Source: the human T2T-CHM13v2.0 reference genome, Homo sapiens. From it: a stretch of 64,000 bases of DNA. Below, piece by piece: positions 44,925 to 64,000 of the stretch. Made by a program: the position numbers and the translations under genes. Numbering within the stretch: the first letter of the stretch is position 1; each line of letters begins with the position of its first letter. The stretch lies in the NCBI RefSeq assembly GCF_009914755.1, contig NC_060935.1; one strand, given 5' to 3'. The notes under the pieces are model-generated. The model made no database searches and was not told the DNA's origin. It was given only the letters and a program-made list of their open reading frames with translations.

Positions 44925-47900
44925 GTAGGGAGGGTGGGCGGCGGGGTCGCGGTGGACCAGGAAAGGCCGGGGATGCGTTTGGGGCCTTCGCTCGGTTGCA
45001 GCGCCGCCCAGAGGTCTGGGCCGGGCGGGGAGCCCTCCGCTCGCCCTCGGCCAGCTCGGGGGAGGCGGCTGATGACTCCTACGGGGTGGTCGCGGGTAGG
45101 TGGGGGCGCCCGGTGCAGGATTCGCGCCTGGGGACGGCGGGTGAAGGAATAGCTGGGCGGGAGTCGTGGGGCTCCGTCACCTCTTGGGTCCTGGGCTCTC
45201 ACATGGTGAAGTTTGGGCTCGTGGCTGAACTCGGGATCTGTGAGACCCAGGATTGGCGCCGGGGGTCCGAAGGGGGCGCCGGAGAGTTTGGGGCAGTGGC
45301 GATCCATTGTATTGGAACCTGGGTGGCCGACAATGCGGTCTTGGGGACTCCGGCGTGTGAGGGTTGCGGAGGCGGGAGAGGAAGAGTCGCGGAACCGCGT
45401 CCCGGAGACACTGGGGGGCCCGGGAGGGCTGGGCTACGGGAGAATCCCCGGGGCGCAGGGCAGAAGAGGGGGCCCGGCAGGGCGCGAACGCGGCTCCAGG
45501 GCCGGGTGACATATGTTTGCGCTGGTGGCCAAGATTTAGGCGATTTTTCTTCCACGCGTTCAAAGTTGCTCTTAGGTTTCCTCCCCTTTTAACAACAGCA
45601 GGAAGTAAGGAATCTTTCTTTGCCTTCTATGCCTCGGGGTGACTGAGAGTTGGGAAGAAATGGGGCGGGGGTTGGGGTGGGGGTAGTGAAGGCCGTAAAG
45701 GTTGAAGAACCAAAGCATGCTTCTCCATCTCGGCCTTTAAGGTCCGGGTGCATTATGTAGCGTGGGGTTCAAGAGTTCATCTTGCATGACCAAGGGAATC
45801 TAAAATTTTGACTCCTACTTGATATTTAAGCTCGCGGGAAATGTGTAGTAGTGCCACACTGTGAAACGGTCCCATTTGAATGATAACTGGAAGGCGTGGT
45901 CTGGTTTGGAGAATTGGTGAGCGGGGTGTTTTAAAGCCACCTCTCCCGAACAATACAGAATCTGGTAGGTGCAGCTTCTGATTACATGGACCAGGGAATC
46001 CTGGGTTGCTAATGACTTCATCCTCAGCTACCAACAGGAAGCTTCGTGACTTTATGATCTCATCAGATTTCTTCATTATTTTTCACGACAGAAGTGAACT
46101 TTTGTTTTAAGTTTATACATTACCGTGTTCCAGGTTATCTTCTTTGTTTTTACGAAAGTTCTACGTTCATGATTGAGCAAATAAGTGTGAAGGGTAGCTG
46201 GTCTTTGTCTTAGATTGTCCATTGGGACGATTGTGAAAGAATGAGAAAAATTTGCTTCAAGAATAGGAATATAAGCTTTCTCAGAAAATTTTAGGCCCTT
46301 TGTTTTCAAGACTTGGGAGTTAACAAAAATAATGTGATGTGCCAATTTGGAGCTAAGTAATTAAATGCTGAAACCTTTCAGAAATAGCCATAATTTTGTA
46401 TTACATACAAGTAAGCCATTTTAAGGAGTTTCATGAAAGACGTTTGGCACTTCACCCATTATTTCTTGCTGATGGTAATTTGACTATCTTTTTCAAGTAG
46501 CTTTTTGCATTGACTAGGATAATTTACAAATGAAAATTACTTTCTCATCATTGAACAGCATGATAGGTATTTGTGCCGCATTTTTTATCTTTTAAATGAA
46601 AAATATTTATTAGGTAAATGGAACTGAAATACTACCTAGTTACTTCTTTTAGTAGAATACTTCTGAGGCAAGAAACTAAAATCTACTTGTCATATTTTCC
46701 AAATGTTATTTATCAGAGTAACACGAAATGACTTCCCAAACACACTTGAAAACAGTAAGTAGATTCACTTGGCACACATAATCTAAAGGAGATTTATTTT
46801 CTGTTTACTAGAAGTTATTGAATCTTAAATATTACCCCTCATGCCCTCTCCCCCTGCTTTTTTAAAAAATAAGCGGTGGGGGGAATCAGCTAAAATACAG
46901 CATAGAAAATGCAGGTTTACCCCCCTCCCCCGCCAGCCTGCTTTGTTAACATCTTGTATTGGGATCAGGCCATCTGTACAGAGTTACACTTCTGAATTAT
47001 ACCTCATTTTATTCCTCAAACTGTGCAAATATTCCCTTTGATTTCAGTTATATCAAAAATGGCAAATCTGAAATATGCCTTGTAAGTCTAAATATTCTAC
47101 ACTTCAGAAGCTTATTTATATTTTTATACCATTTTAAAAAGCTTTTTCATAATGCACATATCAGTTGAATGTTTTTGTTCCCCTTTGTGGCAGTTTCTTG
47201 TGAAGGTGCAAATGAGTACTAGTTGTGATGATGTAATATGGATACTTATCCATAAAGAATTAGCCTGTCTGTCACCTTGTTTCCTGTAACCTATTCAGAA
47301 GCTGACAGATGGTAATGACATTCAGTTGTTGCCGACAGGGATCTAACATCCTACTTTATGCCTTCTTGGTCTTGAAATACATCATTTTCATCAGTTGATG
47401 GGAAGGTACATGATAAACAGCTTTTCATGAGTTTGAAACAATACTTTTTTGAATACAACAGCTCTGTTAGTTATTAGGTAGTTTTATTGTACTAACAGTG
47501 GAAAAATAGAGTGGGAAACTCCAGCATTATACCTTAAATGGGGCTTATGGAAAGATTTTTGAATATTTCTCAGAGTACTTGCTAGGTACTTGGAAAGTAC
47601 AGGGATAAGGACTGGCCATATAAATCTTCATTTATTTATGCTAATTTCAGTTCGTTTTAGGAACTAAATGAATGAACATGTCCTTTGCTGAACACCACGC
47701 AGTTGGAAATACCTTTTGGGGTGCAGTTTTGGATGTTGTAAATACCTTTGCATAGCTTGGGAAATAAGAAGGTCATCAAGAGTCTGCAGATCCATTGCCG
47801 CATTCTGTACTTGATACTTATATCTTGGTCACAACAGGAAGAGGCAGGCTGTTTTATGGTGATAATCGATGTGTTCGTATTTGAATATGCACCAGAAAGT

Positions 47901-47927
47901 AAGGGAATGGAAATATTTTGTATTTAA

Positions 47928-48278
<351 letters not shown>

Positions 48279-48749
48279 TGTTTTTTGCCTTTCTAACTTG
48301 AAATAACTTTTGGCACCAGTTTTTAGAATTCCTAATGCATACTTTTTTTTAGTATGAGGTATAATGAGTATGATAAATACTCCTCTGAAAAACCAAAGTA
48401 ATGATTAGCTCTTCTAAAACCTGTCAGTTTCTATATGATGGACATTTGTTTGATACATTTCAAATCTAGAGTTTTCCTCAAGGTTTTTGGGAAAAGGCCT
48501 TATAGATCATAATTTGTAAGGCGTAAGAACAATCTCAAGTTAATGAAAGGTTATTTCAGACAAACTTCCACTGTTAGAGTTCAGAAAGTTTTTTCCCATG
48601 GAAACCGTGTTGTAAGTAATAGTAGCTGTCATTTACATCACTAGCAACTAATTTGTGCTAGCTGTTTTAAGTCACACGTACATTCATTTATCAAAATTCA
48701 TTTATCATGAATAAATGAATACATACATTCATTTATCAAAATTCATTAT

Positions 48750-48925
48750 AAAAATCCTTTGAGGTAGGCATTCTTTTTACCATCCTTTTATGGATGAGGA
48801 AACTGAGGGATAGAGACATGAAGTAATTTATACCTACAGCTACATAGCTAGTAAATAGTGGTGCTGTGATTGAAACCTGGGCATTGCAGATCTGGAGCCT
48901 ATGTGATAACCAGTGTACTGCACTG
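48750..48925 (-). mobile_element. MIR
   Basis: ttttatggatgaggaaactgagggatagaga core. Confidence 0.8.
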
Positions 48926-49019
48926 CTTTATTGTAAGATAGTGGAATGCTGTAATCCACCTATATGTGAAATGAGTTTCTGTGAGTTGGCCTGGAAACCT
49001 AAGCATCATTAATATCCTT

Positions 49020-52940
<3,921 letters not shown>

Positions 52941-53399
52941 CTGCTATTAATACTTGCCAGACTATTCCAGAGGTACAAAAATAATTCAGGGACTTAGTGG
53001 GGAAAATTATATTGAGTTCAAGGGGATCATGGTAGCATTTGTCAAGTAGATTGCATACAAACTGATCTGAATTATTGCTAATGTTGCATAGTGGAATAAG
53101 GGATTAGTACAAAGAAGGAGCTCCTAAGAATAAGTGTTCTAAGAGGGAGGAAATGGAATCTGCTAGGCCAGTTAAGGGCTGGGCCTTGAACTGGCACAGC
53201 ATCACTTCTGCCAGTCTGTTGGTCAAAGCAGTCCCTGGTCCATTGCAGAATTGTCATGGGAGGGAAACTACACAAAGGTGTGGTTCATTGGGGAGCTCAC
53301 CAGAGTAACACTGTACCACAGAGCGTTGGTACTAGATTTTAGAGGGCTTCTGATGACAGATCATGGAGTTTAGTCTCTCCACTCTAAAGGATAGGGAAT

Positions 53400-53698
53400 G
53401 GCCAGGCGTGGTGGCTTGTGCCCATAATCCCAGCACTTTGGGATGCTGAGATGGGCTGATGGCTTGAGCTCAGGAGTTTGAGACCAGCCTGGGCAACATG
53501 GTGAAACCCCGTCTCCACAAAAATACAAAAATTAGCCTGGCATGGTGGCATGCGCCTGTGGTCCCAGCTACTTAGAAGGCTGAGGTGGGAGGATCGCTTG
53601 AGCCTGGGAGGTGGAGGCTGCAGTCAGCCATGATTGTGCCACTGCACTCCAGTGTGGGCATAGGGAGTGAGACCTGTCTCAAAAACACAACAAAAAAA
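53400..53698 (+). mobile_element. AluJ
   Basis: Alu dimer. Confidence 0.92.
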
Positions 53699-53887
53699 TC
53701 CACATAAAATCTCTGTTCTTGTGGAGTTTACATTCTTGGGTGAAGGAGTCGGGCAGGCAAATTATTGAGAAAATTTTCTCCTAGAGGAAGTGCACTTCCC
53801 TGAGATCTGAGGAAGCAGCAAGTGCAAATGTCGCAAGGCAGGAACAAGCCTGGCAGTTCCCTTCCCTGGCAGGATCTTGCTGTAGCT

Positions 53888-54059
53888 CAGTGGTACTTCA
53901 GAACCACCCAGAGGGCTTGTTGAAACACAGGTTGCTGGGCCCAACTCCAGAGTTTCTGAATCCATAGGTCTTGGGTGGAGCTCAAGAATTTGCATTTCTA
54001 ACAAGTTTGTAGGTGATTCTTATGCTGCTTGTCCAGTGAGGAGATTTTGAGAACCACTG
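53888..54059. mobile_element. MER5A (hAT-Charlie MITE)
   Basis: Terminal inverted repeats cagtggt...accactg; core agaatttgcatttctaacaagt. Confidence 0.88.
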
Positions 54060-54339
54060 ACCTGGATCTTGTCAGTGTTGGCTTCTTGACATTCTTATCT
54101 CCTTAAATATCATCTCTTCGCAAAGAACTTCCTTGAGCACCAGATCTAAAGTCCCACCAGGTTTCCTTTGTTCCAACGCTTCTGTTTTCCCCAAAGTATT
54201 TTTCCTTAGCTGACAAGACCAGACAGGTGAGTTTAGGAGTCTGACTGGACATGTGTATAGAGACAATAGTGGAATCTCAGAGATTAAGGTCTTTGAGGGT
54301 GAAGAATGAAGGGCTGAGAACTGAGCCTTTGCCATTGTA

Positions 54340-54582
54340 GGTGATAGTGTCTATTACATGCCTACTATGTGCTGAGCACTGGCCTAATAATTTTATAGTG
54401 TTATCTCATTTAACTTCTCATAATAATTCTAGAATGTAGGTACTATTGTTAGCCCGTTATATAGACAAGGAAACTCAAGCAAAGAGAGATTTATTAATTT
54501 GTCCAATATCGTTGCTAGTAAGTGGCAGAGGCAGGATTTGAACCCAGGAGGTGTAACTTCAGAGACCGTGCTATTAATCATA
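54340..54582 (-). mobile_element. MIR
   Basis: cctactatgtgctgagcact...ggaaactcaagc...agtaagtggcagaggcaggatttgaacccagg. Confidence 0.85.
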
Positions 54583-55189
54583 AGCTTTCAGGGAAAAATC
54601 CTTTTGGGAAGTTGAGGGTATAGGATTAAATAGAATTGGCAAATGAAGTCAGAAAGAGGTTTAATGATAGAATACTTTGAAGAAGGATGTTGGGTCTTTG
54701 GGATTTAACATTTATGCTGGGAGGTTATATTTTCCATTATTTAAAAAATTAGAATCATTTTCCCAGAGCATACTTTTGCCAAAAGTTTTTGCAGAAAACT
54801 TGGGGACATGGGCTTATACCAGACTGAATGGTTGCCGTAGGGTATGGGTAGTTCAGAGATTTTAACTGAAGCACCTCTCATATTCTAGACACTATTCTGG
54901 GGGCTTGGGATACATGAGAGAACAAAACCAAGATCCTGAGGTGAATGGGTTGAGACAGCTAATTAGAAAATGAACATAACTGTACATTATCTAGTATGTT
55001 GGGAGGTGATACCAGAAAAAGAAAAGCAGAATTAGGCAGAATGGGATGTGGATGGAGGAGGCGTTGCAGATTTACAAACAAAGTGGACTGGGCAGGCTCA
55101 TTGAAATGATTGAACAATGACTTGGAAGTGCTAACTTTTGAAATGAGAAGAAAAAATGTTACCTTGGGAAACAGGGTGCTTCAGTAAGT

Positions 55190-56087
<898 letters not shown>

Positions 56088-57728
56088 AGTAGTAAGCATT
56101 TCTTAATGTGCTAGCCGTGAATATGAATATGTGTATGGATGCTGTATAATATGAAGAGGTAAATGAGAGGATGTGGGCCTGGTTTCAGCATATCCACTCT
56201 TTTTTTTTTTTTTTTTTTTGCAGAACCATCTTCTCTTTTACCTTTGAGTGAAACACAGTTTTTTCACTGTTCCTAAAATGGTGTTAGGAATGCTCTTATC
56301 TAGGGTCTTTGTGCTTTTTCCTGTGCCAGGACCACTTTTCCCTGAGATAATCTGCGTGACTTCCTCATGTTGATCAGTGGCCTCTGCTAGTACCCTCAAA
56401 AGAATGGTATGCACCCCCATCACCATCAACCCTGCTTAAGGTTTCTTCATAACATTTATCAATCCTTGATATAAATACTTCTCTGTTCTTGTTTATTGTA
56501 GTCTCTGTCCTTTAGCTTGGGTGTTTTTTGACAGTAGAACTTCAGCTGTGTTTTCCCCCACTTGCCTGGCATATAATAACTGTTCAATGAATACTGATTT
56601 AATAAAGAATATGTTTAATGGGGGATATTCTACTTTTACTTGTCTAATATTTCAGAGTTTAAATTTGGCCTCTGTAAGTTAACAACTCTTTAGGGATCCT
56701 GACCGTGTAGCTTGTCCTATGTTGCTAGGCATGTAGGCATTTATGGGGTGTAACTAAACATAAAATAATGAAATTTTCATATGGCCTAATGCCATCATTC
56801 TCATTACTGTGTGATCACTGATCCTGTTTAAGTAACTTGAGACCAGATTTGTCTGACCCAGTGAAGCAAACACAAATATGTGGATAAGCTAAAATACTTT
56901 TGCTTGGATCTGCTTAAATTAGATGGCTTAACGTTTTAAAACATTTCTCAGGTTGAGCAAAACTGCAAGATGAACATTACTCTGGTAAAGCAGCTGGTAC
57001 TATTCTCACTAAAACTTTAGACATTAAACTACTTCAAGTCAGAGTTTGATTTGGCCAGAGCCACAAGGGACTGGTGGAATGATGTCAAAGTAAAAGTGTG
57101 AACCCTTCGGAAGGATGGGAATTAAGTAGAACTGTGCCTATGCCAGAAACTCCAACTCCTCAAGAAACCCAAAACTTAGAGATGGTCTTTTGCTATTTGT
57201 TAATACCTTTGTATTACTTTTTTTTAAACAGCAAGTTTTTGACTCAAATCTGATCCTCTAACATGGTAATGATTAGAATTGTTTCTAAGACTCGTAAGTT
57301 GTGTTTTAATAAGGCATAGGAGTTGAAAGTTCCAAACTTGCTTTTAAAAGCTAATCTAGTATACCAGCTAATTAATCTTGATCTACTGGGCTGCCTTTTA
57401 AGAAGGTCATGTTAGCACCATCTTCATAGATATCAAGCATATTTCACAGTATGTCTACTATTTGCTCTTAACAGATATGCTTATTAGGGAAAATTTAAAA
57501 GATAGTAAACTTGTGTGTTATGACATTTGATTAATATGTTATAATTTTTTTTGGTGTGTAACTTGTTTCAAAATATATACTCCTCTAAAATTCATTATAA
57601 TTTCTTCCTTTACATTAGCCTTTGTTGTGAATTAATAATGCAGAACAAGAATTAGCCACCTTAAAGTTGATTTTCTCTACTATAAAAAAGACTATTTTTT
57701 AGTTTTTTTTTTTTTTTTTTTTAAGTTA

Positions 57729-58310
<582 letters not shown>

Positions 58311-59413
58311 AACAACAACACTTGTACAGAAAATTTCAAACCAAACAAATTTAGAGAGAAAAGTATAATGAACCCCTGAGTATCCATTACCCACCTTCAA
58401 CAATTTTAGCACATGGTCAGTCTTCTTTCATGCATATCCCTACATTCTCTCCCAACTCCCATGTATCATTTCAAAGCAAATTTCAGGCTATGTATCTCTT
58501 TCAACCATAGTATGAAAGAGAACTCTGAAAGATAAAGACTTAAATTTTTTTGATATAACTACAATAGGTAGGATATTTTAAGGCAACCTATACATATTTC
58601 ATTGGTTTTAGTACTTGAAGTCAATCTTCTAATAGTATAGTACAATTAAAATAGTATAAGTAGTATAGTACCGTTACAACAGGATAAAATACTACTGGTT
58701 TTATTATAAGTCTTTGGCTTACAAATTTGTGGACATTTCCTTAGGAAAACAGAAGCATCAAACTTTTTAAGCTTCTAGATGATTTCAGATGACTTTTCTA
58801 AAAGTTTGTAAGGAAAGAACAGCACATTGAGTATAAAATGAGTAATACAATTTTGGATTTTGATTCATCTGAACATATTCTTTTCTACCCTAAAATGTTA
58901 TTAAATTCTTGTATTAAACCAAAGATATGAAAACATTTGTAATTCTAGTTCATATTCAGATGTGAATTGTGATAAATGTATTTTTGGACAGATTTCCTTT
59001 ATCTAATGCCAGAAATAATAGACTATGTTAATAATAATACATAAAATTGTGTTGTAGTGAAAAATTGACTCTACGGTTTTCTCAAACAAGGGAGAAAATT
59101 TAATTTGGTAAATGAAAGACTAAGCCACAAACAAAAGGATACATTGAAAAAGCTGAAAAAAACATTTCGTAGCACCCATACATTTGAATCATGGAAATAT
59201 GAACTGTGTTACATGTTGAGAAGTAACCAGCTATATGTTAGTTCATTTTTATTCATTCCTTTGTAGCCAAAATAAGAGATAACCATCCAGGGCCCATATA
59301 ACCACTTTTGTCTGTCTCCTAAATAAACATGCCTGGTATTTACAGGTAGTTAGTACATGCAAACACAAAATAATTTGCTTTGATGGATGTATTTCTTTTA
59401 AAAGAAAAGCATA

Positions 59414-61346
<1,933 letters not shown>

Positions 61347-61539
61347 TAGATCCTTTAACATTTATTTTAAAAGCAATTTCTCATGAAACTTGGAGCTACT
61401 TGGGAGTCGTGTGTATGGGGGGGGTGTGGTCATGACATTATAAGGTGTATTTTGATTTTAGGATTCCCTTGGTATCGATTTTAGTTCGGAAACTAAGGGA
61501 AGTTGTGTAGCAGGTAGCTATGTTTAAAAAAATGTAATT

Positions 61540-62045
61540 TAGACACTCCCATGCTTAAAAATCCTTTGGTTTTCCATTGCAGTTGGAATGAAATCCAGAC
61601 TCATTGTGCCCACAAGGTTTTCCATGTCTGACCGTTAACTACTACCTTTCCACGATCTCCTACTGCTCACCCACTTCCCTTAGTACACTCACAATATGCT
61701 GGTCTTCTTTCAGCTTCTCTATGTTCCAGACTCTTCCCACTTCAGGCCTTTTCCTAACTGTTCTTTCTCTTCCTTTGGTTTGGGGCAGGGCTTGCTTAAG
61801 ATCCCTTCTTCAGGAGGCATTGCTGATTACTGTGTCCTCTTTCTCCCATAATCTCTATATTTAGACTTTTTTCTTCTTTATTCATTTGATAGAGTTTATA
61901 ATTGTTTTATTAGTTGGTTTCCTTTTATTTACCACCCTGTCTCACAACTAAACTGTAAGCTCTTCAAAGACTTATCCTTTTATTATATCCCCAGTGCCTT
62001 GCTCATTGCCTGGTACATAATATCTAATATTTGTTGAATAAATTA
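61540..62045 (+). mobile_element. L2 3' fragment
   Basis: ctgtaagctcttcaaag...tatccccagtgcct...tgcctggtacataa...atatttgttgaataaat. Confidence 0.8.
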
Positions 62046-62840
62046 ATTTACCCTGCTCTGCCATATATTTGTTTTATTCTATTTTGTAGAATTGGCTAGA
62101 CACTTGTATGCGGTTTAATACCCCATAGTTAACAATAGGTCATGATGGCAGGAACTTTGTCATTGTGTATGCCTTTCACTCCTACCTTTTGCATGCATAT
62201 ACTCAGTAAAGACATAGAGACTTAAGTTGAAATTTTCCCTTGAAAATAATGTTGAGCATGTTGAAATGGATACCTTAGAAATGTTCTGCAGCTACACTGC
62301 CAATATAATGAGAATTTTTAAACAAAAACTTTAAGATCAAAGGTAAATAGAGTAAAAATCAAAATGGACATTTTAGATCTAGGCCATAAATTAGGATTTA
62401 CAAGCACTTTCTTCTTCCTGTTCCATACCTTTTCCTACCTCCCTCATGCCACTGTTATAACTACTTTATTGTTCCAGTTGGCTTTTTCTGTTTTGGTCCT
62501 AGCCTTCTGGTCCACAGAACTTTGTAGCGCGAGGGGTTGTGGGAGGAGATAGTACAATGTAATAATTGTATAGGTAATGTATATGTAATATGTGTGTTAT
62601 AGCTGTGCTTGATTTATTATTACTGTCTCCTCAAACGGTTTCTCTAGCTGTCTAATCTTACTGCAGCAGTTAGTCCTCCTTTCTTGAAACTTACAGTTCC
62701 TTTGATTTTTGGAGACATTCCTGGTTTTCCTCTTAAGTTTTTAGTTAAACTTTCTTATTCTTCCTTATGGTTTCCTCTTCCTCTACCTTTCCCTTAAATC
62801 TGCATCTCAGGTAATTGATTTTAAAAGTACCAAGTTATGA

Positions 62841-63026
62841 CATGGACACAGAGAGGGGAACAACACACACCAGGGCCTCCTGGGGGTGGTGGGGGAAGAC
62901 GGGAAGGAACTTAAGAGTATGGGTCAGTAGGTGCAGCAAACCACCATGGCATATGTATACCTGTGTAACAAACCTGTATGTTCTGCACATGTATCCCATT
63001 ATTTTTTAGAAGAAATAAAAAAATAA
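62841..63026 (+). mobile_element. 5'-truncated L1PA 3' end (186 bp)
   Basis: catggacacagagaggggaacaacacacac...ggtgcagcaaaccaccatggca; perfect 18-bp TSD aaaagtaccaagttatga (62823-62840, 63027-63044). Confidence 0.93.
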
Positions 63027-63086
63027 AAAAGTACCAAGTTATGAATGATTACTCATTGTCTTTAAATAAGATAGAGTTGATCCCTA

Positions 63087-63452
63087 TGATATGGTTTGGC
63101 TCTGTGTCCCCACCCATATCTTATCTCAAATTGTAATCCCCACATGTCAAGGGAGACCTTGATGTGGAAGGTAACTGGCTCATGGGGGTGGTTTCCACCA
63201 TGCTGTTCTCACGATAGTAAAGGAGTTCTCGTGAGATCTGACAATTTAAAAGTGGCAGTTTCCCTTGCACTTGCTGTCTCTCCTGCCACCTTGTGAAGAC
63301 ATGCCTTGCTTCCCCTTCACCTTCTGCCATGATTGTAAGTTTCCTGAGGCCTCTCCAGCCATGCTGAACTGTAAGTCGATTAAACCTCTTTTCTTTTTAA
63401 GTTACCTAGTTTCACATCATTCTTTATAGCAGTGTGAAAATGGACTAATACA
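63087..63452 (+). mobile_element. MSTA/THE1 solo LTR, sense to QSER1
   Basis: tgatatggtttggctctgtgtcccc...ggactaataca; perfect 5-bp TSD cccta (63082-63086, 63453-63457). Confidence 0.94.
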
Positions 63453-64000
63453 CCCTATAATAGTATTGTTACTCATTTATTTCTGTGATATCTTAAGTGG
63501 AAGAGGGAAGAGTGGTACTTCAGTTGAGTTGCAAGGAATTTTGATTTGCAGATAAGTAACATCCTTGAGAAGCAGGAAATTAATGTATTTTGGTCATATG
63601 TGTAAAGCAGTGTCTCTATAATTTCTGCCCTTAGCCCACTTCTGATGTGACTCACTCTTGGACATTTTCATTTACTTCCATGACTTCAAAAAACACTCAA
63701 TTTGTAACGATCCCCAATTTTTTATTTCCAGCTCAGATTTCTCTTCTGAGTCCTAAGTAGGAATATTCATTAGCCCTCTTTCAATTATTTCTCACAACAT
63801 GTCTCTTTAACACCTCAAACTCAGTGCTTTCAAAATTGAAACCGTCCATGTTTGTTCAGCCTTATGGGTGGCTCACTGTCATTCATGATTCCTGTCTTCC
63901 CCGCAAGTCTTCTCAATTGTATTTTTTAAGAATTCCTAAGTATCTAGCTATTGCCACTGTTTTGCCCTCATAATTTCTTACCTGGATTTCTGCAGTAGGA

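Larger units (their letters stand above)
43890..45560. promoter_or_regulatory. QSER1: CpG island and promoter of QSER1
   Basis: About 1.7 kb, very GC- and CpG-rich, free of interspersed repeats; GC box at 44371, ETS-like cttccgg/cggaag at 44153-44169, E2F-like ggcgggaa at 44169-44176; surrounds the first coding exon. The exact TSS cannot be read from sequence. Confidence 0.93.

Noticed and set aside
43846-45563. Antisense ORFs of 253, 218, 130, 128 and 118 aa
   Set aside because: Same GC artefact; no recognisable domain.
44030-45592. 520-aa plus-strand ORF spanning the CpG island
   Set aside because: TTG start, low-complexity P/A/G/R content, out of frame with QSER1 and running through the splice donor; stop codons are scarce in very GC-rich DNA.

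Overview
This is human genomic DNA, judged from the dense Alu content and a human-specific AluYb8. Two recognisable coding exons place it at the 11p13 PRRG4-QSER1 interval. From left to right: the end of the last PRRG4 intron; the last PRRG4 coding exon (4537-4768, LPSY and PPPPY WW-binding motifs); a 3'UTR of about 4.6 kb containing inverted Alus; about 34 kb of intergenic DNA made almost entirely of nested transposons; a CpG island with QSER1 exon 1 (CDS 44716-44924); and the first 19 kb of QSER1 intron 1. The intergenic part holds a decayed two-LTR ERV with a tRNA-Lys primer binding site (PBS) and polypurine tract (PPT), a two-LTR MaLR, an L1, a stack of LTRs and a solo LTR12 inserted into an Alu. 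Nearly all ORF-track entries are Alu, L1, LTR or GC-content artefacts. I see no new protein-coding system. The best leads are regulatory: (1) the QSER1 5' leader has a strong-Kozak uORF that reads a GCC repeat as poly-Arg, plus an in-frame ATG-TGA start-stop element; (2) the PRRG4 3'UTR has poly(A)-site-dependent inverted Alus and a dense miRNA seed cluster; (3) several repair or template-switch scars lie at inverted-Alu junctions. Repeat subfamily names come from recall of consensus sequences and need RepeatMasker/Dfam confirmation. Boundaries of old repeats are approximate.
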